Notes under the pieces: model-generated
What the model saw: only the letters and a program-made list of their open reading frames with translations
Database searches by the model: none
What the model was told of the DNA's origin: nothing
Source of the DNA: Amoebophrya sp. A120
Taxonomy: Eukaryota; Protista; Dinoflagellata
Direction: 5' to 3'
Assembly: GCA_905178155.1 (NCBI GenBank)
Contig: CAJINV010000004.1
Coordinates: 2,741,456-2,805,455 of the forward strand
DNA length: 64,000 nucleotides
Shown: one piece after another, positions 36,428 through 48,621 of the stretch
How the letters are laid out: each line of letters opens with the position of its first letter
Numbering within the stretch: position 1 is the stretch's first letter
Position numbers and translations under genes: made by a program

Positions 36428-37936
36428 CTAGCCCCATGTTGCTGAGATTTTCAGTTTCGCAAAAATATAAAGCAAGTTCACGCGCCGGACACGGACGGTG
36501 ACGATCCAAAATGGATTAGTACAAATGGACCACAGCCAGAACTGCAAACGACGAAGGTGATCATTGAGAACCAACTTCAAGTAGAAAAATCGAAAGAGCA
36601 GTTTCCTGCTCCCAGCTTCACTTTTCCCTTGGCTAAATTGTTTCCGGAGTTGGGCTGCGGCCACTGCGGGGTCCACTTTCGTTGCTCCCCCACTTGTTCC
36701 ACTGGGTTGCTGTCCCCCGCTTGCGGTTTCCTGTTGCAGCAACAGATCCGACTCCGAAGCGCGGTTGATCGCTGCGCGCAGCCGCGTATGGAGTACAAAT
36801 TTATTTTCATTCCCGCGGCACGCGTAAAAAATGCATCACAAGTTTCGCCAAGAACAGTAGAGTGGCGAGACAAAAACGTGTCGTGCTGTTGACCACTAGA
36901 ATCGAAGGGAAGTTTTCTCGTGCAGAAACGACGGACCGTAGTCCATTTTAATACTAGTACGTCTTGCAGTACGGGAATCAGTTCACTGTGGATCATAACG
37001 TGGCTCCGTCTGCAAGAGCCGCTCAATCTGTCGGACTCGGTGGGCGGGCACCGTGGCGGTCCTCGGTTTGCCGGATCCCCCGCTGCCAGCTGCGGCACCG
37101 GCTTGCGCGGCTCCGTCTCCCGCGGCGTTTTCGTCATCTAGCTGGGTGCGCATTTCGCCAGTCTCGGGGTCGAAGATCGTCGTTTGACACTGCTGATGCA
37201 TCGCAAAAGTAGTAAATCTCCGTAGTACTAGTACTGAGGGATCTGACTGTGAAACTTGTCATGCAGGATTCCGGTAAACGTATAATTATATTAATGTTGT
37301 ATAGCAATTTCTAGTACGACAACATTCCGATACTTTTGCGCGTGATAAAGGTCTTGCTTTTTCTGCATCACACTCTGCAGAAGCTGCAGGTGGTCATACT
37401 TCCACAAATCCGCCACGTGCTCGCGAATCCGGCTGGCCAGTCCGCCGCCCGCCGTGATGTCAACTGCCTCCCCACCACTAGAGCTGTGGACGGAATGCAA
37501 AATCCGGTCGACCCCTTCCAGCATGTATGCATTGCAATTTTTCTGTTTTTTTACTACACGACGATGTACAACAAAACTCAACACCAGCATGACAAGTTTT
37601 GTTTCCTCCATTGCCCAAATTTGTGATGCATATGGTACTTCTTACGTCGTGCACGGTAAAAAACCTTGAACACTCGCATAGCATGTTTTTCACGGTCACG
37701 TCCTCCTCCAGCAGCTCTCGCCATTCCTGCTTGGTAAACGCGAGACCAAGCTCGTCCAAGCGCTGCTTGCCCAGTTCCACCGCAACATAATTGGGATCCA
37801 CCACGTCCCCCGCGGGATTTGCGGCCTCGCGCGATTTGCTGCGGCCCGGCGGTTGTGACTGGGGACTTGTGCTGCTGGGGATTTGTGCGGCCGAAGCCGC
37901 GGGGTCTTGCGGGAGAGAGCTGGAGTTGGCCGACAT
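36428..37936 (-). CDS. Uncharacterised multi-exon protein (3' structure uncertain)
   Basis: ATG 37936 MSANSSSL...EEDVTVKNM|LEGVDRIL joined across an introner; further GC-rich exon-like blocks downstream. Confidence 0.55.
37526..37680. mobile_element. Introner, diverged (155 bp)
   Basis: TATGC..GCATA ends; perfect direct repeat gcatg; internal GCATGACAA. Confidence 0.8.
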
Positions 37937-38772
37937 GGTTTCAGAAGGAACACAGACAAGAAATCGATAACTCAAACGGACATCAGTAAATACGTACTTT
38001 ATTCTTGTTTCTGTGAGTATTAAAATTGAACGACTACGACTCACCTCTCTCTTTCTCTCTCTGCAGCTGTTCATCGGTTTCATCTTCTGGCGGCGTCACG
38101 AAAATCTCAGTCCCGGATCTTCTGGCGGGTGCTGATGTAAGCCTTAAGCCATGCGGCCTAGACAGTAGCGGCTAACATAGAAATAGCACACTCTTGCGCA
38201 TCGCCGTTGCTTGTGTGTGTTTTTTTTTCTTTCGAGTGTTTTGTTGTGAATCTTGGAAAATAATAAAAGTCCAAGGCGTGATGTTCAAAGGCGTCGCTGT
38301 CGTTCGTGAGAATTATGGGGCATCTTGCAGTATTGCGGTTTGCCTTGCTTCTGCAGCCGCGTCCAGGGGGACCGGGTCAGGTTCATCTACTAGCAGTCAT
38401 GTTCTACACACAGGTCGTGGCTAGAAAGCAACATATCAGACAGGATCTTCACCATCTGGGACAAGGACAGCGAAAAATTGACGCGTTCCACCACCGTAAC
38501 AAGACTAGTTTTTTTTGCCCACTGTCGTGGCCCTCCCGACCGCATCCACAAGAAAGATTCGCAATTGTTCTACGAACGCCGCATAGTGGTCAGCCTTGCT
38601 GGTGACGTATCATACCAAAATCTTCCTGCGTCACAACGGTCAAGCTGACAGCGGATTGCAGTTCACATGCGTGGTCATGCGTCGTGATATTTCCCCCACT
38701 GATGTTGACACGAGGAGTCCGCATAGGTGGAGTCCCCAAACGAGGAAGTTGAGTCAGAATACATAAGAGCTA

Positions 38773-40754
38773 CTAGTACTCGAAGGCGATCAACGAGACC
38801 GACAGCTTGACAATCATGACCAAAGTAGATTTGCTTCTGATACTGTTTTCCTTCATGTGCGCTGCAAAGTCGTCTATCATCACCGGCTATGCATTGCAAA
38901 AGTATCTACTACCTCTCCCTCGCATTAGCAAATTGCAACCCTGCAGCAGGACAAAACAAAGTGCTTTATCTTTACCTAAATCTGCATTTACAAGGGCAAT
39001 TTCCATCTTTCTTTCGGGACAAGTTTGCCATGCAATTCATCATGCTAGTACAAGTTAGGCACAAGCAGGCTTTTGCATTGCATACCGGCCATGCGCCGTC
39101 CTCGTCGTAGTCCTGTCGTGCATTGATTCATGTTGATCTTTCAGAAGAAGAAAAATCAATTCGAAGAACCTAAGTAGCGCTCCTCTGCCAAGCAACAGCA
39201 GGTTGAGGTTTATTTTATGCTGGTGCCAACATGCGAATCATCATCATACAAAATTGTAGAGCATGCTGGACCTAGCCCTAGGTTCTCACCGTGAAGTGAG
39301 TGGCGCTGAAATGAAATCGACGCAAGTGAGTGTCTTACCGACAAATCGGCTTTGCAGGTGAGCAACTATCAAAAGAAAAAGCTGAGCCGTGGCCGTGGTT
39401 CCTGACAATATTCAATTCATTAAACACAAGGGGCAAAAGCAACAGGAGCATACGTCGCAAGTAAAAAAGTTGAAGTTCTTATTGCATACAGCACGCTCTA
39501 GAATAACTTGGACTAAAAATCAAAAATTCTTTGCCCCTGGTGCTGTTTCTGTAGTTTCTTATATCTTTCTTCACATAGAGCAGGACATGCTTATGATGTG
39601 TCAAACGGTTCAGACCAAGCTTTTTGCTCTTTGATAGCAGTAGGTCGAAGACCATATTCCAGACGTCCTTTGATATTGCCGGTTTTTTGTTATGCTCTTC
39701 GACGTAAACGAGCCAGCTGTTTGCGAGTTCCGCGTTCCCAAAAAGCGGCAAAAGCAGTTTCCAGACTTCTATCGCCATCTGATTTTTTTTGTGATTTGTA
39801 TGTTGGACAGTGGAAAGAAAGAAATGGAAAATATTGCGAGTGGTCTTCAATACGATGATGTATTTTCATCTTCGGTGTTGTACCACACAGAATTATGATT
39901 ATCAATCGTTTTTGGAATATAAATAAGTCATCCGCGTAATCCCCATATTGATACAACGTCACAGAATGCCATGATTTTTCTACCTCTTTCCCGAGCTGCT
40001 TTTGGCCTGGCTCGAGGGAAAGGAGGAAGACGTTGTTGTAAACACGTTTGCACAAGGGATGCGTTGGCTGTAGTTGGCTCCGCATCTCGTCTACCCTTTC
40101 ACGGAGCTGCGCGCAATCCTGTGCACCAAACACGGCGAGACCTTTGTTGATTTCGGAAAAACAAAAATAGATAAGGACCACCTGGATACCGGGTGAAAAG
40201 AGCAACTTTGTGGCCGCTCTTCACTACTGGCCTCATTTTCATTTGACACTCAACACATGAACAGAAATCGAAATGCGGTGCACCATCGAGAGAATTATCC
40301 AGCTCTGATTCGATTGGACGAGGTCATCATGCGATAAGAAAATTTGCAAAGCGTCACTGCCTCTGTCGCGTGAAGGTGACACAATCTTTTCTCACAGAAC
40401 TGGGAAGGAGGACAGAGGCCGCCTAGATATCAAAACAAACTCAGCATTTTCTTGCGTTTTCCACTCTATACCGTGCAAAAACTCGGTTTTTGTGAAGCTG
40501 CCCATCTGTTTGGCGCCGCAGTGGTAACACCAAACCAGGGCTACGGGGTCCAGGGGCGAAAAGCCGAGGTCTTCGCACAGTTTCTCGGTGCCTGTTTCCG
40601 TTATTATCAGCTCACTGCTGCCGTCGTCCGGCGTTTCGGCGTACTGCGCAAAAAACGCTTCCTGCTTCCGCGTGTCGGGCTTTGGCGGGGCGTACCCATA
40701 CTGCCCGCGCGACCCCCCGGACCGTCCCATCCCTCCCGTCATGCTGGCAAACAT
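38773..40754 (-). CDS. DCN1: DCN1-like (defective in cullin neddylation) protein, multi-exon
   Basis: GTEKLCEDLGFSPLD, QMGSFTKTEF, EPGQKQL, AIEVWKLLL, AISKDVWNMVFD, YDEDGAWPVMIDDF. Exact stop uncertain. Confidence 0.88.
38888..39084. mobile_element. Introner (197 bp)
   Basis: TATGCATTGCAAAAG / CTTTTGCATTGCATA; perfect direct repeat ccggc. Confidence 0.92.
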
Positions 40755-42429
40755 GATGGACTTTTACAGGAAGTCGAAGAAGTGCCGGCGGAAATTATGC
40801 TCGTGAAGTACGAAGGTTTATTTTCCGGCACTAGTTGTTGATGCTTCTTTTATTGATACTGATTCAGTATCTGTTCCTAATGTGTATGTAGTTGGTGTGT
40901 TGAATGTGAACGATGTTGTAACCGCATCGGTGGATGAATTCGTCGCGCGTTTGTTCTTGAGTAGCTGCTGCAATAGCGTGCTGTCTTGTGGTGTTCCACG
41001 GGAAGGCTTCCTTGCGCTGAAGACGCGGGAGTGTTGTGCTTCTCGTTCTCTCCGGGGTTGTGCTCGTCGAGTAACAAGCTTTGCTTGTGTTTATTCCAAC
41101 GCGCAGACCGCCCCCTGTCCTCCTTGTGGGATCTTCAAGTAGAATAAACACTACCTGCGAGATGAATTATTGTGCGGGTAAAAAATCACCGCAGGTGTTC
41201 TTGAGTTGTGGACCAACTGCTGGTGCTCCTTACTGCAGGGAAGATGTTCACGAGGATCATCGAGCTAACCGTTCTCCAGGTCGCCCAGGCGTGTGGTCTG
41301 CGTCTGGCCTTTGGTCATACTCATAGAATCTCATTTTTGCATTTGCTAGAATCATAATTTCTTTTCATCAAGATCAAGATAACTCAAAATAGTTGTAAAA
41401 ATGCTAAGTAACTGTTCTTGATTTCTTTCTATGACATAAACACTTCTGTTGAAATAAACAGAAATACTGCGAACATAATGAAGGGGATAAAATCACAATA
41501 GAAAATGGATCAACATGATCGTATTAAATAGTAGCTTTGAAACAAGACCCGAATTATTTACCTCAACACTTCAGGAAGGGATAGAAAATTGAAATTCTGA
41601 ATTTGTGTGTGTGCGCCGTACGCATTGGATCCAGGATATCGAACGTAGTATCTATTAAGATCTCCACATCAACAAGAAACGAGGAAAAATAGTGACCACC
41701 TGATAGCCAGCACGATATTTGTAAACACGAAAGAGCCAAAAATAAATCGTCGTTTTTTCGTCTCATAATTTTTTCTTTGCAGCTCTGTCTGGTGCTTCTT
41801 CTTCAAAAACGAAACGCAGAATGAACCAACACGACCTCCATCCGCGCTAACTAGTAGGCCAACAACCAGCTGCATCTGACCGTCGTCCACATCAGTCGAG
41901 ACGACCTGTCGCGGCCATCAGAGCCTGTTCTTCGCTATCGATATTTCATCTCCAGCTTCTTCATCCACTTATTTTGTATTTGTACAGTGTTTTCATTTCC
42001 TTAGCTGTTGTTCGCTTCAATCTTCATTTCGAAATACCCAAAATCTGGACGATCGCGACGCTATATGCTCTGTTTTCCTTCGCGTTGTCATGATAGCAGC
42101 TGAAACAAAGCTTGTTCTCCTGGCTAAATTCTACAAAAACTTGGTTACTTTTATCCGTTTTCTGTATTCTCACGAACAGGTCGCTGTTGAAAAAAAATCA
42201 TCAGTGTGCTGCTGTGCCAGCGCAGGACTGCTAGTGCAGCATGGTAATACTTAGGTCGTAGTAGATATTCTAAGTCTAACTATATCCATCATCAATGTTA
42301 ATGTGCTCATTTCACCTCCTGCTTCTCTAGTAATATGCCGTGTCATTTTTCGCGTCAAAGTTGGGCATGGTGCAGTTGGTGTCGAAGAGACGCAAACGAA
42401 ACTGGTCCGAATTGTAGTCCGCCAAAGTG

Positions 42430-42578
42430 TATGAGTTGCAAAAGTATCGCACTCGTATAAATGCATTACAAATTTAGCATGAGAAATAAAATTTGTAATG
42501 CAGATTTGCCTTGGGCGATAGATTTGTTGTAAATGCAAGACTTGCATTTATACGAGTACGATACTTTTGCACAGGATA
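42430..42578 (-). mobile_element. Introner, family A (149 bp)
   Basis: TAT..ATA ends; direct repeat aagtg/gagtg; close to 34489-34630 in sequence. Confidence 0.9.
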
Positions 42579-42639
42579 GAGTGGGATTCCCCCGCCGCCG
42601 CAACCAAAAGCCCTTTCCGTCGTATCACGCGTGACAAGG

Positions 42640-44093
42640 TCTTTTACTCCCGCTCCCCAGTAGGTTTCCGATTTATAACACGCCCAACGATTAAATCTTA
42701 AACTACTTTCAAAAATGTTGCCTAGCTTCTAAAAGTCCGTGCGCAGGCTCTACCATGTTGGCCCGGTGCATCGGCAACGTGCCCTGTGTAAAGCATGACT
42801 CCAGCCTGTCGACCGGCATTGCCCCTCAACGCCATGCCCCAAAGGAAAAAGGCACAACAAGCAAGACCACTGGGGGCGGAGGCATAATTATCGTGCGCCA
42901 GGGCGCTTCTTTCGCAATGGCAACGATAGCCCCTTCTGGGCCATCGCGCGCGCCGCGCTTCGCTTTCACTGACGTGCGGGCGCGTGCTTCCGAATCGCTG
43001 GAGGGCTGGCCAATTTACGGCTGCGGTGCGGCGCGCTGGTTTGTGGTCCCGACTGACAACCCTTGTCGCTGTGCCGCTCCTCGCGCCCTGCGGAGGGCGC
43101 CGGAGCTGTGAAAGGCGGCGGCCAGGTTTTTTGTCTACTACGCCACTGCTGTTCCAGTGGGCCGCTCAACACAGGCCTGCTCACTGCTAGGCGCGACTCG
43201 CTCTCGCTTCTCCCCAATGCGGGCGCAAGCGGACCCATAGGCCGCCCGCTGTTATTTTGCGCGGCCTCAAAGAGCGCGCCCCGCCATTAGCCGGCCAGAA
43301 AAAATTGCCCGTGGGTGTGCGCTGCCGCTTTCTGGTAGGGACGCGAATTGCTCCGCCGCTTTGATGGAAGCAGGTCGCGTTCCCATTCAGCATCCAATTG
43401 CCGCCGAGCCTCCACGCATACACCTGGCGATTTTCTCGGCCACCCCAGGGGGCCTCGGCAGGGGGTCTGAGGGGGTCCTCAGACCCCCCCTCTATACCAA
43501 CGCCCAGCAAGACCTAGCTTTTTTGCAGCCCCCACGGTACGGTCCGCCAAAGGGGGGTCCCGAGACCCCCACCAATAACCCCCCCTCGATGGGCCGGAAG
43601 CTTCTGCCGTGTCTTTCGATTTCGCAGAAAACGGGGCGGCGGCCCTTCAAAGAAAACGCGCCCCAGAACATCTGGAAGGGCGCGAGGGTGTGGCGTTCGG
43701 GCTGCACACCGATACCCATTCCAGGCTTTTCCCAGGTAACTTTCTTGCATGCGCCGCTGCCCCGGTTACGGGCTTGGTGTGTGTGCATGCTTCCCCGGAA
43801 GCGTAACTAAGGCCGATTGCGGCGCCGCCGCGTTTTGTGCGCCGCGGGGGCGCGCGCATTCTGCTCCCAACAAAAGGACGGCCACACGTACCCGCACGAA
43901 GGCGGTGGAGTTTGTCTACCTGCCTGGTCCGTCGGCCCCCGGGCCCGGGCGAGGAAATACGAAAGCAGGGCCGAAGGGTGTTCCACGTAAGGAACCGGCT
44001 CAGCACATGGGCCCGATCACAAAAACACACACGCGCCCAACTCGCTTCGGCAGGCGGTTTCTTTTACTCCCGCTCCCCAGTAGGTTTCCGATT
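42640..44093. mobile_element. GC-rich 1386-bp insert flanked by perfect 34-bp direct repeats
   Basis: tcttttactcccgctccccagtaggtttccgatt at 42640-42673 and 44060-44093; compositional shift inside. Confidence 0.65.
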
Positions 44094-44518
44094 GTGCTGT
44101 AGTTGCACAGCAGTTTTAGCAATAGGACTTACTAGCTTGTGATCTCAATCCAGTAACTAACTCTACCTTGCATCTCGTCTGCATGTGACAAGCTGAGACG
44201 AACAAGACAACGCGGCTTACAGTTAGAACTACATGCAGATGGAGTAGACGTGGACCACGTGCACTCGCTTTTAATAGGGACTCATGCGAAACCTCCATCT
44301 GCTGGGTAGAGCAATGACGGAGTGGATCTTTTCACGCAGGATAGGTCGCCCTTATACCACATTTGGTCGTCCACTTGTCCCGTGTCAGACTGTCGGTTGT
44401 CGCTGTCGAAAGGAGCTGTGCAGCATTGAGGTGGAACTACAATTTTTTCTGATCGTGAAATGCGTATGACGAAAACAACTTTTCTAGTAGCTACAGCAAC
44501 ACAAACAAAGTAAAGAAG

Positions 44519-47500
44519 CTAGGAGAGTTCATGATGTTCTACATGATGAAATATACAGGGTCGCACTGGCGGGGTATCGGTGTATCGCAGGCGCAGCGTG
44601 TAAATGTCCGGCGAATTCGGATAGTGCACCAGTTCGAACCACTGCGAGGTGCGGTAGTCGCAGTAGTTGTATCCTGTGCAAGAGTATCGTACTCGTAGTA
44701 ATCGAAGTTATGCATTACAAATCTTTTTTTCAAGGTGAATCCGCATTACAAATTATGTTTCTCATGCTGGGGAAATTTGTATATGCAATTTACATTAGTA
44801 CGATACTTTTCCAATCCATAAGTTGTTGTACACTACCAAATATTCCTCGGGCGGTTCCAGCGGCCGCGAACTGTTCGTGAAGATCTCCGTACCGAGACAC
44901 CACCCGGTGTGCGACGGTCCTTCGTAGGTCAGATCGTACGTGTCGCCCTCGGCAACCTCCAGCTGGACCCATTTCGCCGTCCGGTTGGCGCAGCCGTAGT
45001 CGGGCGGGTTTGTGTTCAGGACCACCCCGGGCTCCATGCAGTCCAGCTGCTCTATGGCGTCCTCAACTGTTACACTCTCAAGTGTTATTAAATACATGAA
45101 TTTGTGATGCAAGAATGGAAAGAGTGAACGAGGCGACCTTGCGCGTCTGGCATGACAGATTTGGCACAGATTAGCAGCCTGTTTGGCCCTCTGATAATTT
45201 GTCATGCGAAGCAGCGTGATGGTGTCGATTCTGAAGATAGTCTTGCATGGCAAATCATGTAACAGTTGAGAGTGTAACATTTGAGAACGCCATATGCTCC
45301 GTGCGTTCCATCGTGTGCTTGATGAAAAACGGCGTTGCGTCGGGGTGGGCCATATCGTTTGCAAAAGTTGTATCGTGTATCGTGCTCGTAGTAATTACCG
45401 CAAGTAGTCATGCATGACAAACCTCCTGTTCATGTTCAAGGTAAACCAGCATGAGAAATTCGAACTCCACTTGTCATGCTGAGCTAGTTTGTGAAAATGC
45501 ACTTAGTACTACTAGCAAGTACGATGCAGCTTTTGCAATCTATACGCCACATCCGCGTCGCTGGAGTTGGAGTACCAGTGGGGCAGGTCCTGCCTTGTCG
45601 TGTCGCGCAAAATTTTGACGTCGCAGTATGCACTGCAAAAATGTCTGGGTCTGGAAGGAAGGATGCAACTTGTCATGCTAAGTTTGGACTGTGAAAAAAT
45701 CTGTGTTGCATGGTTGCCAAAAGTTGTCCACTTTTGACCAAGTTGGGAGGGAGTTTCTCATGCAGGGTAGGCATAATAGAGATCGCACAGAATCTGTTAT
45801 GCTAGGGCCTGCATTCCAGCCCTCGTGGGTCATGCAAATGCGCATTCCATTCTTCCAGACCTAGACACATTTGCATTTGATACGCAGACACGCTTGACGA
45901 TGGTGGCCCGCTGTTGGTCCACTTCGAGTTCGGTCGCGATGTCACCCCGGTAGGTATCAGAGTGCACAACTAGTACAACTCCCCCTCGTCGTCCCCCTCA
46001 ATTTTCGCAGCAAGTAAGCAGGAGGACCAGCAGCGGACCCGGCAGCGAAAATGATGGTGCATCGACATCACAAGTTCAGGCAGTGACTGCACCAGTATAC
46101 TGAAACTAATGTGGCGCTCGACCTCGCGGGTTGATCATGTCGTGAAAACCACACAGCTTCAAGATCAACACAGCATACAGCACTTGCTATTTATTTGCAT
46201 GACAGATCATGAGGGGAGCAGGGGGCTTTTGGTTTTGTCGTCGGCTTTGTGCAGTCGGATAGTAGGCCACCGTGCGACACAGGTCGTTCTTGTCCTCGTT
46301 CTTGCTTTTGGTTTCCGGGCCCCACTGTACCTGGAGGTAAAAGTCCCGGGCCGGGTCTGCGCTCTGCAGTGTAAAGGCGGCCTGCCGGTTCAGGGGGCAG
46401 GCAGGCACGTCGGGTTTGTTTTCGTAATACATCTTGTCGTACGGCGCCGGCTCGTCGTTGTTCGTGTTCGGATCCGAAAACGGCTTTTCCTTGAGCGGAA
46501 TGCGGCGCCACGTGGACTCCCGGTTGGTATCGGATTTGGCCCAGGGGATCTGCTTCATCCCCACAAAGTTCGTGTCCGGGACGCCCGGAATTGCGCTCGG
46601 GTCCACGTTATCCAGTGCAAATTTGTCAGGGTCTGGAAGAGTGTAAGTTTGTCATGCTTGTCTCTCATGACTCCTAAGAACTTTGTGATGCATAAGCCTG
46701 AGGAGAGTCTCTCGCCTGTCATGCAAAAACGCAGTTTGCCATGTAGAAAGCGAAACACGGAGCAGGAGCTCAAGAACTTGTCATGCTTGGCTGCGTGTTG
46801 CAGCGCTTCCAACAATCCCAAACCAGCATCACAAGCTTCCAGACCCAGACATATTTGCATTAGATACACATCGCTGGAGGTGTAGCGCAAGGGCCCGCCG
46901 GATTCGGGCTTCAGGTCCCAGTTCGGATTTATCCTGTGCAAAAGTATCGCACTCGTATTGCAATCATGCATTACAAATTTTTTATTTTTTCTCAAGGCAA
47001 AACAGCATTACAAATCTTATTTTTCATGCTGAGGGAATTTGTCATGCATTCATACGAATACGATACTTTTGCAGTTCATAGGATTTTCCACGTACTGGAA
47101 GACGGTATCGTGGTCGAGCGACCCCGGGCCGGTGTTTTTGTAAGTGAAGAACATGGAACCACCCTCAACTTTTTTGTCTTTCTGTGGAAGGCTGGATACG
47201 GAACTCGTCTTAGTGCTATGTTGATCAGCGTCGGTCGTGCTTTTTTTGCTGACTTCAATTTCGTTCGTCGAGGTGCTCTGCTCATTCACAACTTTCTTGC
47301 CCTTCACGTTCTTCTTGATCCCGTTCTTTACTCCGGAAGCTGAAGCAGCACGGATTTTCTCTTTTTTGTCGTTTTTTTCTGCATGGTGATGGGAGGTCTT
47401 CAACAGCGAGGAGGCCTGATGCTGGTCAACACGGTTCACGACTTGCAGAGCGAATGCTGCGCCCGGAGCAGGTTGGACAGAGTCAGAGAAGGTAACGTCC

Positions 47501-47838
47501 AGCACGACCTTGTAAATACTCCAGCACGACCAGCACGTCGACATGATCTTCATAGGACGGCGGGCGAGCATTTGAAGTAGAAGCTGGAGAGATTTTCTAG
47601 ACCCCGCAGAAGCTCCTGCTGTTGCACCTACAGAAGCTGCATTTTTAGAATTTTTCCGAGTGGTCTTCTGATCACTCATGGTGCGTCTACGGCAAAACAA
47701 GGACCGCGATGCATTGTTCCGGGGGAAAAATCCTGGTGCTGTCCACCGTCCGCACGAATCTTCTCGTGGGACCGCTTTATCCGGAGCCTGCTTCCCGTCC
47801 GGCTCCGGGGGAAGCTGCTGCTGGTGCAGTAAAAACAT
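44519..47838 (-). CDS. Uncharacterised Cys/Trp-containing protein with six introners (ends uncertain; may continue to ~42330)
   Basis: Exons join in frame: YVENP|NWDLK, TSSDV|DPSAI, KRVC|DVK, DADVA|HPD, ERTEQ|LDC, VYNN|YCDY. Confidence 0.7.
44670..44820 (+). mobile_element. Introner, family A (151 bp)
   Basis: Perfect direct repeat agttg. Confidence 0.92.
45053..45294. mobile_element. Introner, family C (242 bp)
   Basis: Perfect direct repeat tgctc; inverted relative to the 17903-18138 copy. Confidence 0.92.
45353..45544. mobile_element. Introner, family A-like (192 bp)
   Basis: TTGCAAAAG TIR; direct repeat ggcca/cgcca. Confidence 0.88.
45627..45882. mobile_element. Introner, family E (256 bp)
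   Basis: Perfect direct repeat cgcag; TGTCTGGGTCTGGAAG TIR. Confidence 0.92.
46609..46866. mobile_element. Introner, family E (258 bp)
   Basis: Direct repeat cacgt/cacat; similar to 25326-25563. Confidence 0.92.
46930..47080 (+). mobile_element. Introner, family A (151 bp)
   Basis: Perfect direct repeat ggatt; reverse-complement of the 10689 and 21112 copies. Confidence 0.93.
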
Positions 47839-47969
47839 GATGGCGCTGCGGATTATCCTCCGACCGGTGCTGCTTGAGGCGAGGAACAAAAAGTTCTTGT
47901 AGAAGGATTGTGCAGCAGGAGTAGTCCACGACCTCGCGGGTGGTGGTGGTCCCAACAAGCCCTATTGGT

Positions 47970-48621
47970 GGACATAGGCAGGATCATCCCCCCAAGGATC
48001 ACCCCCCTCAAGATGCAGGGGGGGTTAGGGGGGCCAGGGGGTGGGCCGGGGGCAGGAAGGTAGGGGGCAACGAGCGAGGCCGGGGGCAGGCAGCCAGGCT
48101 ACGGGGGGGGACAAGGGCAGGCGGGCCGGCGGCAGGCAGACCGGGGGCAGGGCGGGGCGGCGTTGGTATTTGCTGGAAGGCCTTCCCAGAGGTTTCCTGG
48201 GCCAAGATGTGCTACAGGCGGGCAGCCACCCGAGGAAGCCCGGGAGCGCCTAGCGCCTCGCCCCCTGAGGCAACAAAGGCGGCACAGTGAGCGAGCCCCC
48301 CCGGGCGGGGTCACGGCAAACCAACGAAGGGGGAAAGGGGGGGCAAAGAACAGAGAGGGGCGCGAGGGCGGCAAGGCCGGCGGCGCGTGCCTCCGGCCCG
48401 GAACAGGAAGGGGCAAAGGGGAATCGTCTGGGCCAGCCGTCGCGACGGCGCCGTCGCGACGGCTGGCCCAGACGACACCGCCGAAACCCTAAACCCTAAA
48501 CCCTAGCCCAAACCTAAACCCTATGCCCTTTAGGGGGGTGATCTTGGAAACTTGAGGGGGGTGATCTTGGAAACTTGAGGGGGGTGATCTTACCTTGAGG
48601 GGGATGATCCGGCCTACGTCC
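47970..48621. mobile_element. Non-autonomous TIR DNA transposon (652 bp) with 9-bp TSD
   Basis: TIR GGAC(A/G)TAGGC(A/C)GGATCATCCCCC; TSD cctattggt at 47961-47969 and 48622-48630; subterminal ggggggtgatcttggaaacttga repeats; internal CCCTAAA repeats at ~48484-48522. Confidence 0.9.

Noticed and set aside
37195-37347. Additional introner (GCAAAAGTA TIR, right end ATA)
   Set aside because: The left end lacks TAT and no 5-bp repeat was found; probably a degenerate copy, not counted.
37478-37936. MsrB call from KQEWRELL
   Set aside because: No GTE, CxxC or GWPSF motifs downstream.
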